Shown: piece after piece, positions 44,101 through 56,600 of the stretch | Layout of the letters: each line of letters starts with the position of its first letter | Numbering within the stretch: position 1 is the stretch's first letter | Origin: Macrostomum lignano | Taxonomy: Eukaryota | Direction of reading: 5' to 3' | Length of the DNA stretch: 64,000 nt | Assembly (NCBI GenBank): GCA_002269645.1 | Contig: NIVC01000296.1 | Span: 124,001 to 188,000 of the forward strand | The notes under the pieces: model-generated | What the model saw: only the letters and a program-made list of their open reading frames with translations | Databases searched by the model: none | Told to the model about the DNA's origin: nothing | Translations under genes and position numbers: made by a program

Positions 44101-47100
44101 TCAGTCAGTCAGTCAGTCAGTCAGTCAGTCAGTCAGTCAGTCAGTCAGTCAGTCAGTCAGTCAGTCAGTCAGTCAGTCAGTCAGTCAGTCAGTCAGTCAG
44201 TCAGTCAGTCAGTCAGTCAGTCAGTCAGTCAGTCAGTCAGTCAGTCAGTCAGTCAGTCAGTCAGTCAGTCAGTCAGTCAGTCAGTCAGTCAGTCAGTCAG
44301 TCAGTCAGTCAGTCAGTCAGTCAGTCAGTCAGTCAGTCAGTCAGTCAGTCAGTCAGTCAGTCAGTCAGTCAGTCAGTCAGTCAGTCAGTCAGTCAGTCAG
44401 TCAGTCAGTCAGTCAGTCAGTCAGTCAGTCAGTCAGTCAGTCAGTCAGTCAGTCAGTCAGTCAGTCAGTCAGTCAGTCAGTCAGTCAGTCAGTCAGTCAG
44501 TCAGTCAGTCAGTCAGTCAGTCAGTCAGTCAGTCAGTCAGTCAGTCAGTCAGTCAGTCAGTCAGTCAGTCAGTCAGTCAGTCAGTCAGTCAGTCAGTCAG
44601 TCAGTCAGTCAGTCAGTCAGTCAGTCAGTCAGTCAGTCAGTCAGTCAGTCAGTCAGTCAGTCAGTCAGTCAGTCAGTCAGTCAGTCAGATATAGGAATAG
44701 TTTACACACCTGCAAGTAGGTGGGCGCCAGGCTGGTTTCCGAGCTCGCCCCAGTTACCAGGGTGCACGCCAGGTCGCGCGACGAAGCCGCGCCATCCGAC
44801 GCCACGGCGCGCACGCAGATCCGGTGGCGCTGCCTAGAATCGGCGCCCTCAATCAGCGCCTTGGTCTTTTCGACGGCGCGGACAGAGAAAAAAAATTGGC
44901 CATCAACGTAGACGCGGTAGGCTGCCGGCTGCGTGCCAACAGGAGGCAGCCAGCCAATCAGCACCGAGTTGGCCAGCTGGCGCTCCACGGTGAGCTGGCG
45001 CGGCGGCGCCAGTGGCACGCCGGTCCCAGTCGCGTCGGCTGTTGCGTCGGCGCGGGCCAGCTCTTCGTCTAGCACGAGCGGCGGGCGCCTGGCCTGCGAG
45101 GCGACAGCGGATGCTGCCGTGGGGGGGGGTCAGCAGGGGAGTCAAAATTAGCCTGGTGTGATCGATAGTGATAGGTAGTGATCAGATCTGATCAGGTGTG
45201 GTCAGGTGCGATGAGGTGTGATCAGGTGTGATCAGGTGTGATCGGGTGTGATCAAGTGTGATCAGGTGTGATCAGGTGTGATCAGGTGTGATCAGGTGTG
45301 ATCAGGTGTGATCAGGTGTGATCGGGTGTGATCAAGTGTGATCAGGTGTGATCAGGTGTGATCAGGTGTGATCGGGTGTGATCAAGTGTGATCAGGTGTG
45401 ATCAAGTGTGATCAGGGGGCCGTAGCCCAGCGGTAGCGCAGCTGCTCTGGTGTGCCAGCGGACCCAGGCTCGATTCCAAGTGCAGTCACATTAATTTGGG
45501 GCTGAATTGGAATCTCGGCTTGGCTCTGCTCGTGTAATTAACGGCCTTGAGAGCCAACCCCCCAAGGCGCAGTGAAGTGTACATGCCTAACGATAATATA
45601 AAGTTAGGGCCGCTGTACACTCCTGTGTGAGTGTGTGCCTGCGTACGTATCCGCGCGCTTGTATGCCTGCTCAGGGGAGTCGGCGGAATGGGCAGTAATG
45701 CCTCTCGCCGGTTGTGTGCCTATGTCGCTTAAAGTGCGCCAGGGTGCACACAACCCCCCTGCCTCAAATAAAAAAAAAAATCAAGTGTGATCAGGTGTGA
45801 TCAGGTGTGATCAGGTGTGATCAAATGTGATCAGGTGTGATCAGGTGTGATCAGGTGTGATCAGGTGCGATCGGATGTTATCAGGTGTGATCAGGTGTGA
45901 TCAGGTGTGATCAGGTGTGATCAGGTGTGATCAGGTGTGATCAGGTGTGATCAGGTGTGATCAGGTGTGATCAGGTGTGATCAGGTGTGATCAGGTGTGA
46001 TCAGGTGTGATCAGGTGTGATCAAGTGTGATCAGGTGTGATCAGGTGTGATCAGGTGTGATCAAGTGTGATCAGGTGTGATCAGGTGCAAGCAGGTGCGA
46101 TCAGGTGTGATCAGGTGGGATCAGGTGTGATCAAGTGTGATCAGGTGTGATCAGGTGTGATCAGGTGTGATCAGGTGGGATCAGGTGTGATCAAGTGTGA
46201 TCAGGTGTGATCAGGTGTGATCAGGTGTGATCTTGCATAACCGGTAAGACAGGAAATTGTTGAATTAGCTTTTCTGTGATAATTTTCTCTAAGAAAAGAA
46301 TGCGCAATGCAGTGGGCTCGAAAGACCGGTTACATGAAATGAGTCTAGCAGCGGATTAGGGAGCAATGCGGTGCAAAACTTATAGCCTTATGCAGCAGCC
46401 AGTCCCAGTATCCAGCAGTCCAGCTTCGATAATTCAATAAACATCTGTAAGGAGGCGCGCACAGTTCGCGTAATTTTACTTCCCTCGTATCCGGGCAGCT
46501 GGATCTAATTATTTAATTATGATTATAGCGCAGAGGAGCTTGCAGACTCTCTGTCTCTTCTGCATCAGGTTGTCAGGCACATGGGAAGCAGGATAAGGAT
46601 AATGACGGGCATATGAGGGATGCAGGCCCTTCTCGCTCTGTGTCTTCTCATTTCCTCTTTGCCAGCCTTTCCGCTCTGCTGGTTTGCTGCTCCAAGTAAA
46701 AAATTGAAAAAATTGAACAGACAAAATTTGCCAATAGTTCTAAGAAACTATGAAGTAAGATCTTTTGAAAATTCTAGCATTGAGTTTTTTACCTTGATTG
46801 AGAGTTGGCTTACCTGACGGTTCCGAGTAGTTTGACGGTATGTAGCCATGACGACCGTCGGACAATTCGGTATAAGCAAAACCGCTCTTAGCCTGGCAAG
46901 TTCAAGTGATGCACTCAATGAGTAACTAGTTTTGAAATTAATCGATTTTCCTTCTAATCCTTGTGCGCTCTCTGATTGGCTGGCTTTGAGAGTATCAATT
47001 TTCCTTCGAACCCGTGTGCGCTCGCTGATTGGCTGGCTTTGAGATTATCGATTTTCCTTCTAACCCGTGTGCGCTCGCTGATTGGCTGGCTTTGAGAGTA

Positions 47101-47580
47101 TCGATTTTCCTTCTAACCCGTGTGCGCTCGCTGATTGGCTGGCTTTGAGAGTATCGATTTTCCTTCTAACCCGTGTGCGCTCGCTAATTGGCTGGCTTTG
47201 AGATTATCGATTTTCCTTTTAACCCGTGTGCGCTCGCTGATTGGCTGGCTTTGAGATTACCGATTTTCCTTTTAACCCGTGTGCGCTCGCTAATTGGCTG
47301 GCTTTGAGATTATCGATTTTCCTTTTAACCCGTGTGCGCTCGCTGATTGGCTGGCTTTGAGATTATCGATTTTCCTTCTAACCCTTTGTGCGCTCGCTGA
47401 TTGGCTGGCTTTGAATCTATCGGTTATTGTTAAAAAATCAAATCAAAGCTAGAGTAAAAGAGTAAAAGAGCAGAAGGCACACATGTTCTTCCTGTCCCGA
47501 AGGTTGACGTCGAAATTTCTGCTGAGTTGGCTGTCTGTCCTTGACTGAGCCTGGTGCAGAAATCGCGGAGACCTGCTGCT

Positions 47581-47612
<32 letters not shown>

Positions 47613-50600
47613 TGCTGCTGCTGTTGCTGCAGCTGCTTCTGAGGCATGTACTGACTGTGTGGTGGAGCAGTGTCCCCTCCGACTGTGTGTGGAAGATATT
47701 CTCCTGCTCAAATAAGTCGGGACAGGATAGTTGAAATAAGGAACCACATGCAATATTTAGCATGCAAGCTAGTATTATTTATAATTATAACAAAAATGTG
47801 CTATTTTAGAGATTGATCCCACGATCCTAGTCAAACATTATTAAGATTTAATCCTCAAAAGTGAGCCGCACAAAACAGGCTTTGAACATGTATTCAATTT
47901 AGTTAGGTGCAATAGTGGAATTCTTAATAAAGCTTTTTTAAAAGAAAGCCAGATTTCCGAAATGGGGTTTCCCAAAGGGAATCCCTAATTTGGGTTTCAT
48001 AAAGAGGTTTGTAAAATGGGGTTTCCCAGAGAGAACTCCGAAGTGGGTTTCCCGCAATAGTTTCCCAATGGGAATTCCGACGGGATTTCCCAGAGGGAAT
48101 TCCAAAGTAGGTTTCCCGCAATTAAACGCTAAGATTAGAGCTTCCTAATGAGATTTCCTACATACAAATTAGCTTACTAATGGAATAAAGAAGATAAGAA
48201 TTTGTCATGGGCTATGCAGAATAGAAACCAATACTAAAGCTCGAAAATGCCTGAAAGCAAAAGGCAAGGCTAGGAGCAGAGGAGCTGTACCAATCTGGCT
48301 GAAGAGCTCTAATTCAGATCAAGATAAATGCTACAGATCAAGAAAAGCGTACCCTACTGCCTAGTCTATCTTATTATAGCTCGTACAAAGATTGCGATTT
48401 ATTTGCAAAATTTTCTCACATACTGCAGTCTCAGTTCCGAGCTCTTTGCCGATCGCCAAGGTAACCGAGAAAGGATTCCCCACCCTTTCACTCGCCCTGT
48501 CGCTCTCTCCCTCACTCTCCTGTACATTCACCTTCGTTTCCTTTCCATCTCATCGCTACCACTCACCTCTACCATATCACTCCCTCTCACTTCATCGCAT
48601 CTCACCCCTCTTCCTCTCCTCCCACTCGCATCTCACTCCTCTTCCTCTCATCCCACTCGCATCTCACTCCTCTTCCTCTCATCCCACTCGCATCTCAACC
48701 CTCTTCCTCTCATCCCACTCGCATCTCAACCCTCTTCCTCTCATCCCACTCGCATCTCAACCCTCTTCCTCTCATCCCACTCGCATCTTACTCCTCTTCC
48801 TCTCATCCCACTCGCATCTCAACCCTCTTCCTCTCATCCCACTCGCATCTCAACCCTCTTCCTCTCATCCCACTCGCATCTCACCCTTCTTCCTCTCATC
48901 CTACTCGCATCTCAACCCTCTTCCTCTCATCCCACTCGCATCTCAACCCTCTTCCTCTCATCCCACTCGCATCTCAACCCTCATCCTCTCCTCCCACTCG
49001 CATCTCAACCCTCTTCCTCTCATCCCACTCGCATCTCACCCTTCTTCCTCTCATCCTACTCGCATCTCAACCCTCTTCCTCTCATCCCACTCGCATCTCA
49101 ACCCTCTTCCTCTCATCCCACTCGCATCTCACCCTTCTTCCTCTCATCCTACTCGCATCTCAACCCTCTTCCTCTCATCCCACTCGCATCTCAACCCTCT
49201 TCCTCTCATCCCACTCGCATCTCAACCCTCTTCCTCTCATCCCACTCGCATCTCAACCCTCTTCCTCTCATCCCACTCGCATCTCACCCCTCTTCCTCTC
49301 ATCCCACTCGCATCTCAACCCTCTTCCTCTCATCCCACTCGCATCTCAACCCTCTTCCTCTCATCCCACTCGCATCTCACCCTTCTTCCTCTCATCCCAC
49401 TCGCATCTCACCCCTCTCCCGCTCAACACTCTCCCTCTCACCCCTCTCCCTCTCACTCCTTTCCCTCTCATCCCGTCAGATTCATTTCAGAGTTTCTTCC
49501 TGCCTCAAAGGAGCAACAACGCTCGGGCACTCACTATTCGGCACGGCATGTCTTGAAGAAGAAGCTCTGCTGCCGCCGGCACTGGCAGATGCAGCAACGC
49601 CAAGCCCGCTCGCAGCAGAGTTCCCATCGTTAATCTCCAAGTCTGCTCCTAGAAGAGCATCCGATACGCTGCCGCCTTCGGAGACTCGGTCGGCAGTGGA
49701 TGCCAGGTGTCTCAGCTGTTCGTATTTCTGCTTTTTCTTGGACGCCTCAAGCTCCAGCATCAGCTCCTCGTGGCGCAGCGACTGCAGCTCAGATTTTTTC
49801 TTCAGTTCGCGAAGTCGAGCCTTGAGCGTTAATTGGTCAATATTCGTATCTTTTCGATCGATATTCATATCTGATTGATTGATACCCATATCTTATCGAT
49901 CGATATTTATATCTGATTGATCGATATTCATATCTTATCGATCGATATTTATATCTGATTGATCGATACCCATATCTTATCGATCGATATTGGTATATTA
50001 TTTATCGATATCCATTCGATATTTACGTATAACTGATTGATCAATATTTTCATGGCTGATTGATCGAAGTTCTAAATTTGTCAAAAGAATTCATGATCAA
50101 AACTTGTATTTTCTATATAATTTTCTATTGCAGTTTTACAATATAATCACTATAATTAATTATTTATAGTTTAAAACAGTTTTAAAACGCGTTCAAACTA
50201 CTGATCGCTTCTATTAGTAGTATAAAAACGATTTCGATTCCACAAGCAAACCAATTCTATTCGATGCACTCAGGAGATAAATACCGCTTGAAAAGTGTAA
50301 AATCCAAAAGCCTAATAAACATTTTATTTACAAATTTAACTGAATTCAATCCCCAATATCTCAGATTATCGCTGGCGCATAAACCAACCCCAGCTCCCTA
50401 ACCCCATGCCATGGATGAAGGGAGAGAGAGGCTGGGTGATCAACGGGGAGCAAGAAGATATCAGTCGACCCGCATCCGCCGTCCCAATGCAAAAAAGCGG
50501 CACTGGGATAAAAAACTCCCCATTTCCCAATTTCGATTTCCCATTCTCAACGATGAATGCATGCTGAAGCAAATCTGAGCCCCTTGTCAGGGACCTCGCA

Positions 50601-53600
50601 GTGGATTGGGCGGGAGCGAAGAATCGGATAGAAAAACCGTCGCTTCGCTCAAGGACCTCTGTATAGTTGAAACCTGGACTGGAAACAAGCTTATGCCATT
50701 TTCTGGCTAATATATTCAGTGCAGCAGCTTTCAAGGACTAATGAGGATTATAGCATATATAAGAGTCCATAAGTAGTCCTTGAAAGCCACCGCCAGGTTT
50801 CCAGTCCAGATTCTATTATAAAAAAGTTTTTTTATATTTCTACTCACCCGCAATGCGTCCACCGTCTCCTCACCGCCTGCGCCACCTGCCGAGCTCTGAA
50901 ATATAAAATATTACAATAGGGGTTGTATGCTGCTACTATCAAGGGAAATAGTAAACGGCTACTATTTTTAAAAACTCGATGACTTCGGACTGCTCACAGC
51001 CCACATCACTGGAAGCTTTATCCGGCCTTCTGGGGTCCTTTGAAACTTCACAATGGCAATCCGGCCCGCTCAGGCTTTGTGTCTCTGCTCAGCTCTCTTC
51101 TTTCTTCTTTCCCCTCTTCTCTCCACTCCTCCCTCTTCTCTCCACTCCCCCCTCTTCTCTCCACTCCCCCCTCTTCTCTCCACCCTCTCCTCTTCTCTCC
51201 ACCCTCCCCTCTTCTCTCCACCCTCCCTCTTCTCTCCACCCTCCCCTCTTCTCTCCACCCTCCCCTCTTCTCTCCACCCTCTCCTCTTCTCTCCACCCTC
51301 CCCTCTTCTCTCCACCCTCCCCTCTTCTCTCCACCCTCTCCTCTTCTCTCCACCCTCTCCTCCTCTCTCCACCCTCCCCTCTTCTCTCCACCCTCTCCTC
51401 TTCTCTCCACCCTCTCCTCTTCTCTCCACCCTCTCCTCCTCTCTCCACCCTCCCCTCTTCTCTCTTCTCTGCCCTCTATCCTCTTATCTTCGTTCTCACA
51501 TCACCCTCATCTCAACGCACATCTCATCTAACCTATCTCGGCTTACAACTATCCTCTTTCCTCTCTTTTCTCTCCTCTATTCTATGTTCTCTCCTCTCTC
51601 ATCTGGCCGCGGGGCCATGAGCTGGATTCTTCATCTGGCCCTTAAGGTGAAAACTTTGCCCCCTCCCTCCCTACATCTAGGAAAAGTACAAACAGCTAGG
51701 AGACTCCGTACAGCAGGGTTTTGTACATGATAAAAGTACAACCCATTAAACTGTTAAAAAGCGCTGGTTTAAAACGAACGGCCTGCATCGCATCATTCGC
51801 CTCCATTCCGTTCTTAAGAGTATCTCTCTGCCGCTCTGCGGCCATCTTGGCTACCGGAGTTTTATCGCCTCGAGTCCCTGTGCTGCCAGTTCAATCAATA
51901 ACTGCTTATAGCTGGCTGCCCCAGCGTTGTGAGTAAGAAACTCAACTCTCGCTCTCCCGTGGATCATCCATCTCGAGTTCTGAGCACTAGAGAGCAAACT
52001 AAACTGCCTTTGGCCCCGCTGGAGAGAGTTCCCCTGGCCCGACTGCGCACTGTAGATAAACTGGGACAGGACAGGCAGAGACTTAGCAAAGAAATGGAGC
52101 AGCTGCTTTCCTTAGTGCTCACGTCGAGTTTCAAATTTTGGGCTTGCAACATGCGGCGAGAAACTTAGTACTCGTACACGAGAAAAAATAAGACTTGTTT
52201 GCCAGTTCAAATTTTGCTTTTAGCAAGTAATGATTAGATGGAGAAGATTGAATGGAAAAGCCAGATGGAAGCTAGTGCGTGTTGTCCAGGCTTGAAAATG
52301 TCTCTGAGGAGGGAAGCGAACTCGGAGTTACCGCCCCAATTCGAGAGAGTGAATTTTAAATTAGCAACCCGGCTGCAGAGTAAATTAGGTCGCGAAGAGG
52401 AAGACACGGGGCAGAGTTCGCCTTCCATCCAAGGATTAGTACAACTAGTAACCATCTTTGCACTGTATTTGAGAAAAATACAGTTTGAAACTATTCACCG
52501 TTTTTGTGAAAAGGCTTCCACTTGACTTCTCTTCGATTAGTCGGCGCAGTCTGGCCTGTTCGCCGTCCAGTTCGCGCTTCTTCTCCAGGGATTCCCGCAT
52601 ATGCTAAAAATAGATTGATTTCAAGGTCGCGATGCTAAAAATAGGTTGACTTCAAGGTCGCGATGCTAAAAATAGATTAATTTCAAGGTCGCGATGCTAA
52701 AAATAGATTACCGTATTTTCAAGGTCGCCTTGTTAAAAATAGATGATATGTCCTGACAGATGCTAAAAATAAGTTCTGTTGTCAATAATTTCAATAATTA
52801 CAAATATTTCCTGTTATGCAATATGTATTCGCTAACAATGTACTATTGACGAAATATTGGCAACCTCTGTACCTTCATAATGAGCTCATTGGATGCCATT
52901 TGACACCGCATCAGTTCCATATCTCTGCGACTTTGTTGCAGGTCTCGATCGGTGGAAATTAGAGCATCCTCAAGCCGCTTAGTGGATTGAATTACCTGAG
53001 GTTGGGAGTTTGTGGGGTAGCTACATAGTATCATTAATGCGACCTACTTTCATCCAGGCACAATAGCAATTAGTTTTGTCCATTACCCCACCAGTTACTC
53101 CTCAATGTACATTCAACCGATGTACAAATTGCATCACGTGACTGCTTTCCCACCGTTATTATCCTTATCTTTGCATTGGGCGCGAAACAAACCATTATTC
53201 AACTCAGCCACATACTAAACAATCTGCCACTGCTCACCTCATCGGAATGCTGCAGCTGAGTCTGCAGATCTGAATACTTGATTGACAGGGCCGTGTTGTC
53301 CTCGTGTAGAGCGTTCAGCTGCTTTTCCTGCGGTTGGTTAGAACTCAACTCATTATCATCAACTAACTATATGAGTATCACGGGCGAGATTAAAATGAAA
53401 CTGCGATTAAAATCTATACATTTAATTACTGCAGCAGGTCCATTCATTTTTCACTGACTGAAGGCCCACAAATTTCAGTTAAACCATCATCGCTTTCTCA
53501 CCAGCAGAGCGTTCTTGGTTGTGCATTCGTTGAGATGTACTCTTAGCTGCTCAAGTTCGTTGGACTTGGCCGCAACTGCGCTTTCCTAGAAAAGAGATGG

Positions 53601-56600
53601 AGCGTGAAATTGGGTGGGTCACTTCTCCTCTGATATTCCCATCCATCTAATTCATCCCATCATTTCTTCTCTGATATCCCCACCCATCTAATTCATCCCA
53701 TCATTTCCCCTCTGATATCCCTACCCATCTAATTCACCCCCTCATTTCCCCTCTGATATCCCTACCCATCTAATTCACCCCCTCATTTCCCCTCTGATAT
53801 CCCCGCCCATCTAATTCACCCCCTCATTTCCCCTCTGATATCCCCACCCATCTAATTCATTCCCTCATTTCCCCTCTGATATCCCCACCCATCTAATTCA
53901 CCCCCTCATTTCCCCTCTGATATCCCCACCCATCTAATTCATTCCCTCATTTCCCCTCTGATATCCCCACCCATCTAATTCATTCCCTCATTTCCCCTCT
54001 GATATCCCCACCCATCTAATTCACCCCCTCATTTCCCCTCTGATATCCCCGCCCATCTAATTCACCCCCTCATTTCCCCTCTGATATCCCCACCCATCTA
54101 ATTCATCCCCTCATTTCCCCTCTGATATCCCCGCCCATCTCGTTTACCCCCTCACTTCTTGAGCTATTCCCTAAGTGTTTTTGCTCCCCACCCGCCCTCA
54201 CCAGCTGAGGCACTCGTGACACCTGGCGCCGCAGCGAAGCCAGCTCAGCTGCCTGCTCTCGACGGATCTGCTCAAGCCGTTTTGCCTCGGCGGCAAGCAG
54301 GTTGAGTCGCTCCCGATGAGCTGGCTCGATCGGTGATGCGGCAGCGGCGGCGGCTCCTCCCTGTTTCTGCTGCTGCTGCTCCTAGAAGGATGAACGACAG
54401 ATTCTAAGAAAGTTGCAGTCAAAAAAAGTTTTTCTTTCAGCTATTCGAGGAACAACTAAGGCGGGGAAGAGAGAAGACAGGGGAGCGGGGGGGCAGCAGG
54501 GGAAATGAAGAAACGGAACGGGGCCGACGAGGACTCCAGAAGAGAAAGTGGAGAGAGAGAGAGAAAGAAGACTCGAAAATGAGCCCTGGCCATCGCGTTC
54601 TGCCTCTCTCCCCACATCTCAACTGCCAATCTCCAATCAGAGAGCTCGGCAATTCCCCATCCTTAGCCCTCGCAGATCCCTAAGCTCAAAGGGGAACCCG
54701 GGGGTGCCGAGTCGAGTGCACTTTCCTATGTAAGAATAAAGCGCCGCATTGTAGCACGGGTTGCTGTTGAGCAAGATTTATGCACTAGTATTCATGCCTA
54801 TCTAATGTGTGCAAACTGTACTGAATATCTGAAAACAGAGCCATAAATAACCTACAATTAAAAGCAAACCTCCTTTAATAATCTCCTATTTTATCTCAAC
54901 TTTAAAACTAACCATTCGAAATTGGTAGATTCCCATTTGATCAGTTGCCACAAAAAATCCCCTATCAGTCTAAATCAGATCCCTCTCACCCGGTTCCAGG
55001 CCAGCTGCCTCTCCAGCATCAGTCGATCCCGCTCGGCTGTCCTGAGCATACTCTGCAGCGTCTCCGAGTCCAAACTGCGAGTTGACTGCGAATTTGAGAA
55101 CAGGAGCCTTGCTCAGTTGAGCACTGATTTGAGCTGAGCCAAGTGCACTGCAAACAAACTGCTCAGGTCGCATGGATTTTTGCTGACAAAACATTGAGAG
55201 CATTATTATGCGTACTAAATTAGCTAATTCCCTTCCAACTGACTCAGCGAGCTTACACTCACCCTGAGCTGAGCCTCCCTGGCATTGTACAGCAGTCTGA
55301 GCGACTCCAGCTCGCGCTCCTTGTCTGCCAATTGTTGACGATACTCCGCAGCGGCTGCGCGACTCTGTAAGTAAAATTAATTAATGCCACTTTTATCCTA
55401 CTTGAAGTAGAAATATCGACAAATTAATTTTCTTTAATTTGAAGCAGCTGCGCGACTCTGTACATAGTAATTATTTTAGTATATGGATTTTTTGACGCTT
55501 TTATCCTACTTACAGTAGAAATATCAGAAAACTAATTCTGTTTTTAAATACGAGCACGAACCGATTCTTGCTCGACGATGCTTCGCTCTTGTTGCACTTT
55601 GATTTTCTCTTCTAGACGACGAGCGATTGCGGCCAGCTCAGCGTTGCGCTTCTTCAGCCCGCGAATTCGCTCTTCAGTCTCTGGTGCCTGCTCGCAGCGC
55701 TGAGTCTGGGTTTCAGGGGGGGGGGGGTTGAGTCTGAGTTCACTGGGTTGTGTCTGAGCTCACTGGGTTGAGTCTGAGTTCACTGGGTTGTGTCTGAGAG
55801 CTGACTGGGTTGTGTCTGAGAGCTGACTGGGTTGTGTCTGAGAGCTGACTGGGTTGAGTCTGAGTTCACTGGGTTGTGTCTGAGAGCTGACTGGGTTGAG
55901 TCTGAGTTCACTGGGTTGTGTCTGAGAGCTGACTGGGTTGTGTCTGAGAGCTGACTGGGTTGTGTCTGAGAGCTGACTGGGTTGTGTCTGAGAGCTGACT
56001 GGGTTGTGTCTGAGAGCTGACTGGGTTGTGTCTGAGAGCTGACTGGGTTGTGTCTGAGAGCTGACTGGGTTGTGTCTGAGAGCTGACTGGGTTGTGTCTG
56101 AGTTCACTGGGTTGAGTCTGAGTTCACTGGGTTGTGTCTGAGAGCTGACTGGGTTGTGTCTGTGTTCACTGGGTTGAGTCTGAGTTCACTGGGTTGAGTC
56201 TGAGTTCACTGGGATGAGTCTGAGTTCACTGGGTTGTGTCTGAGAGCTGACTGGGTTGTGTCTGAGAGCTGACTGGGTTGTGTCTGAGAGCTGACTGGGT
56301 TGTGTCTGAGAGCTGACTGGGTTGAGTCTGAGTTCACTGGGTTGTGTCTGAGAGCTGACTGGGTTGAGTCTGAGTTCACTGGGTTGTGTCTGAGAGCTGA
56401 CTGGGTTGAGTCTGAGTTCACTGGGTTGTGTCTGAGAGCTGACTGGGTTGAGTCTGAGTTCACTGGGTTGAGTCTGAGTTCACTGGGTTGTGTCTGAGAG
56501 CTGACTGGGTTGAGTCTGAGTTCACTGGGTTGTGTCTGAGAGCTGACTGGGTTGTGTCTGAGAGCTGACTGGGTTGTGTCTGAGAGCTGACTGGGTTGTG

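Noticed and set aside
43018-44694. 558-aa SVSQ ORF
   Set aside because: Translation of (AGTC)n antisense to RIM-BP.
50366-52525. Short ORFs and a possible alternative first exon near 51750-51850 within RIM-BP introns
   Set aside because: No recognisable homology or consistent splice phases.
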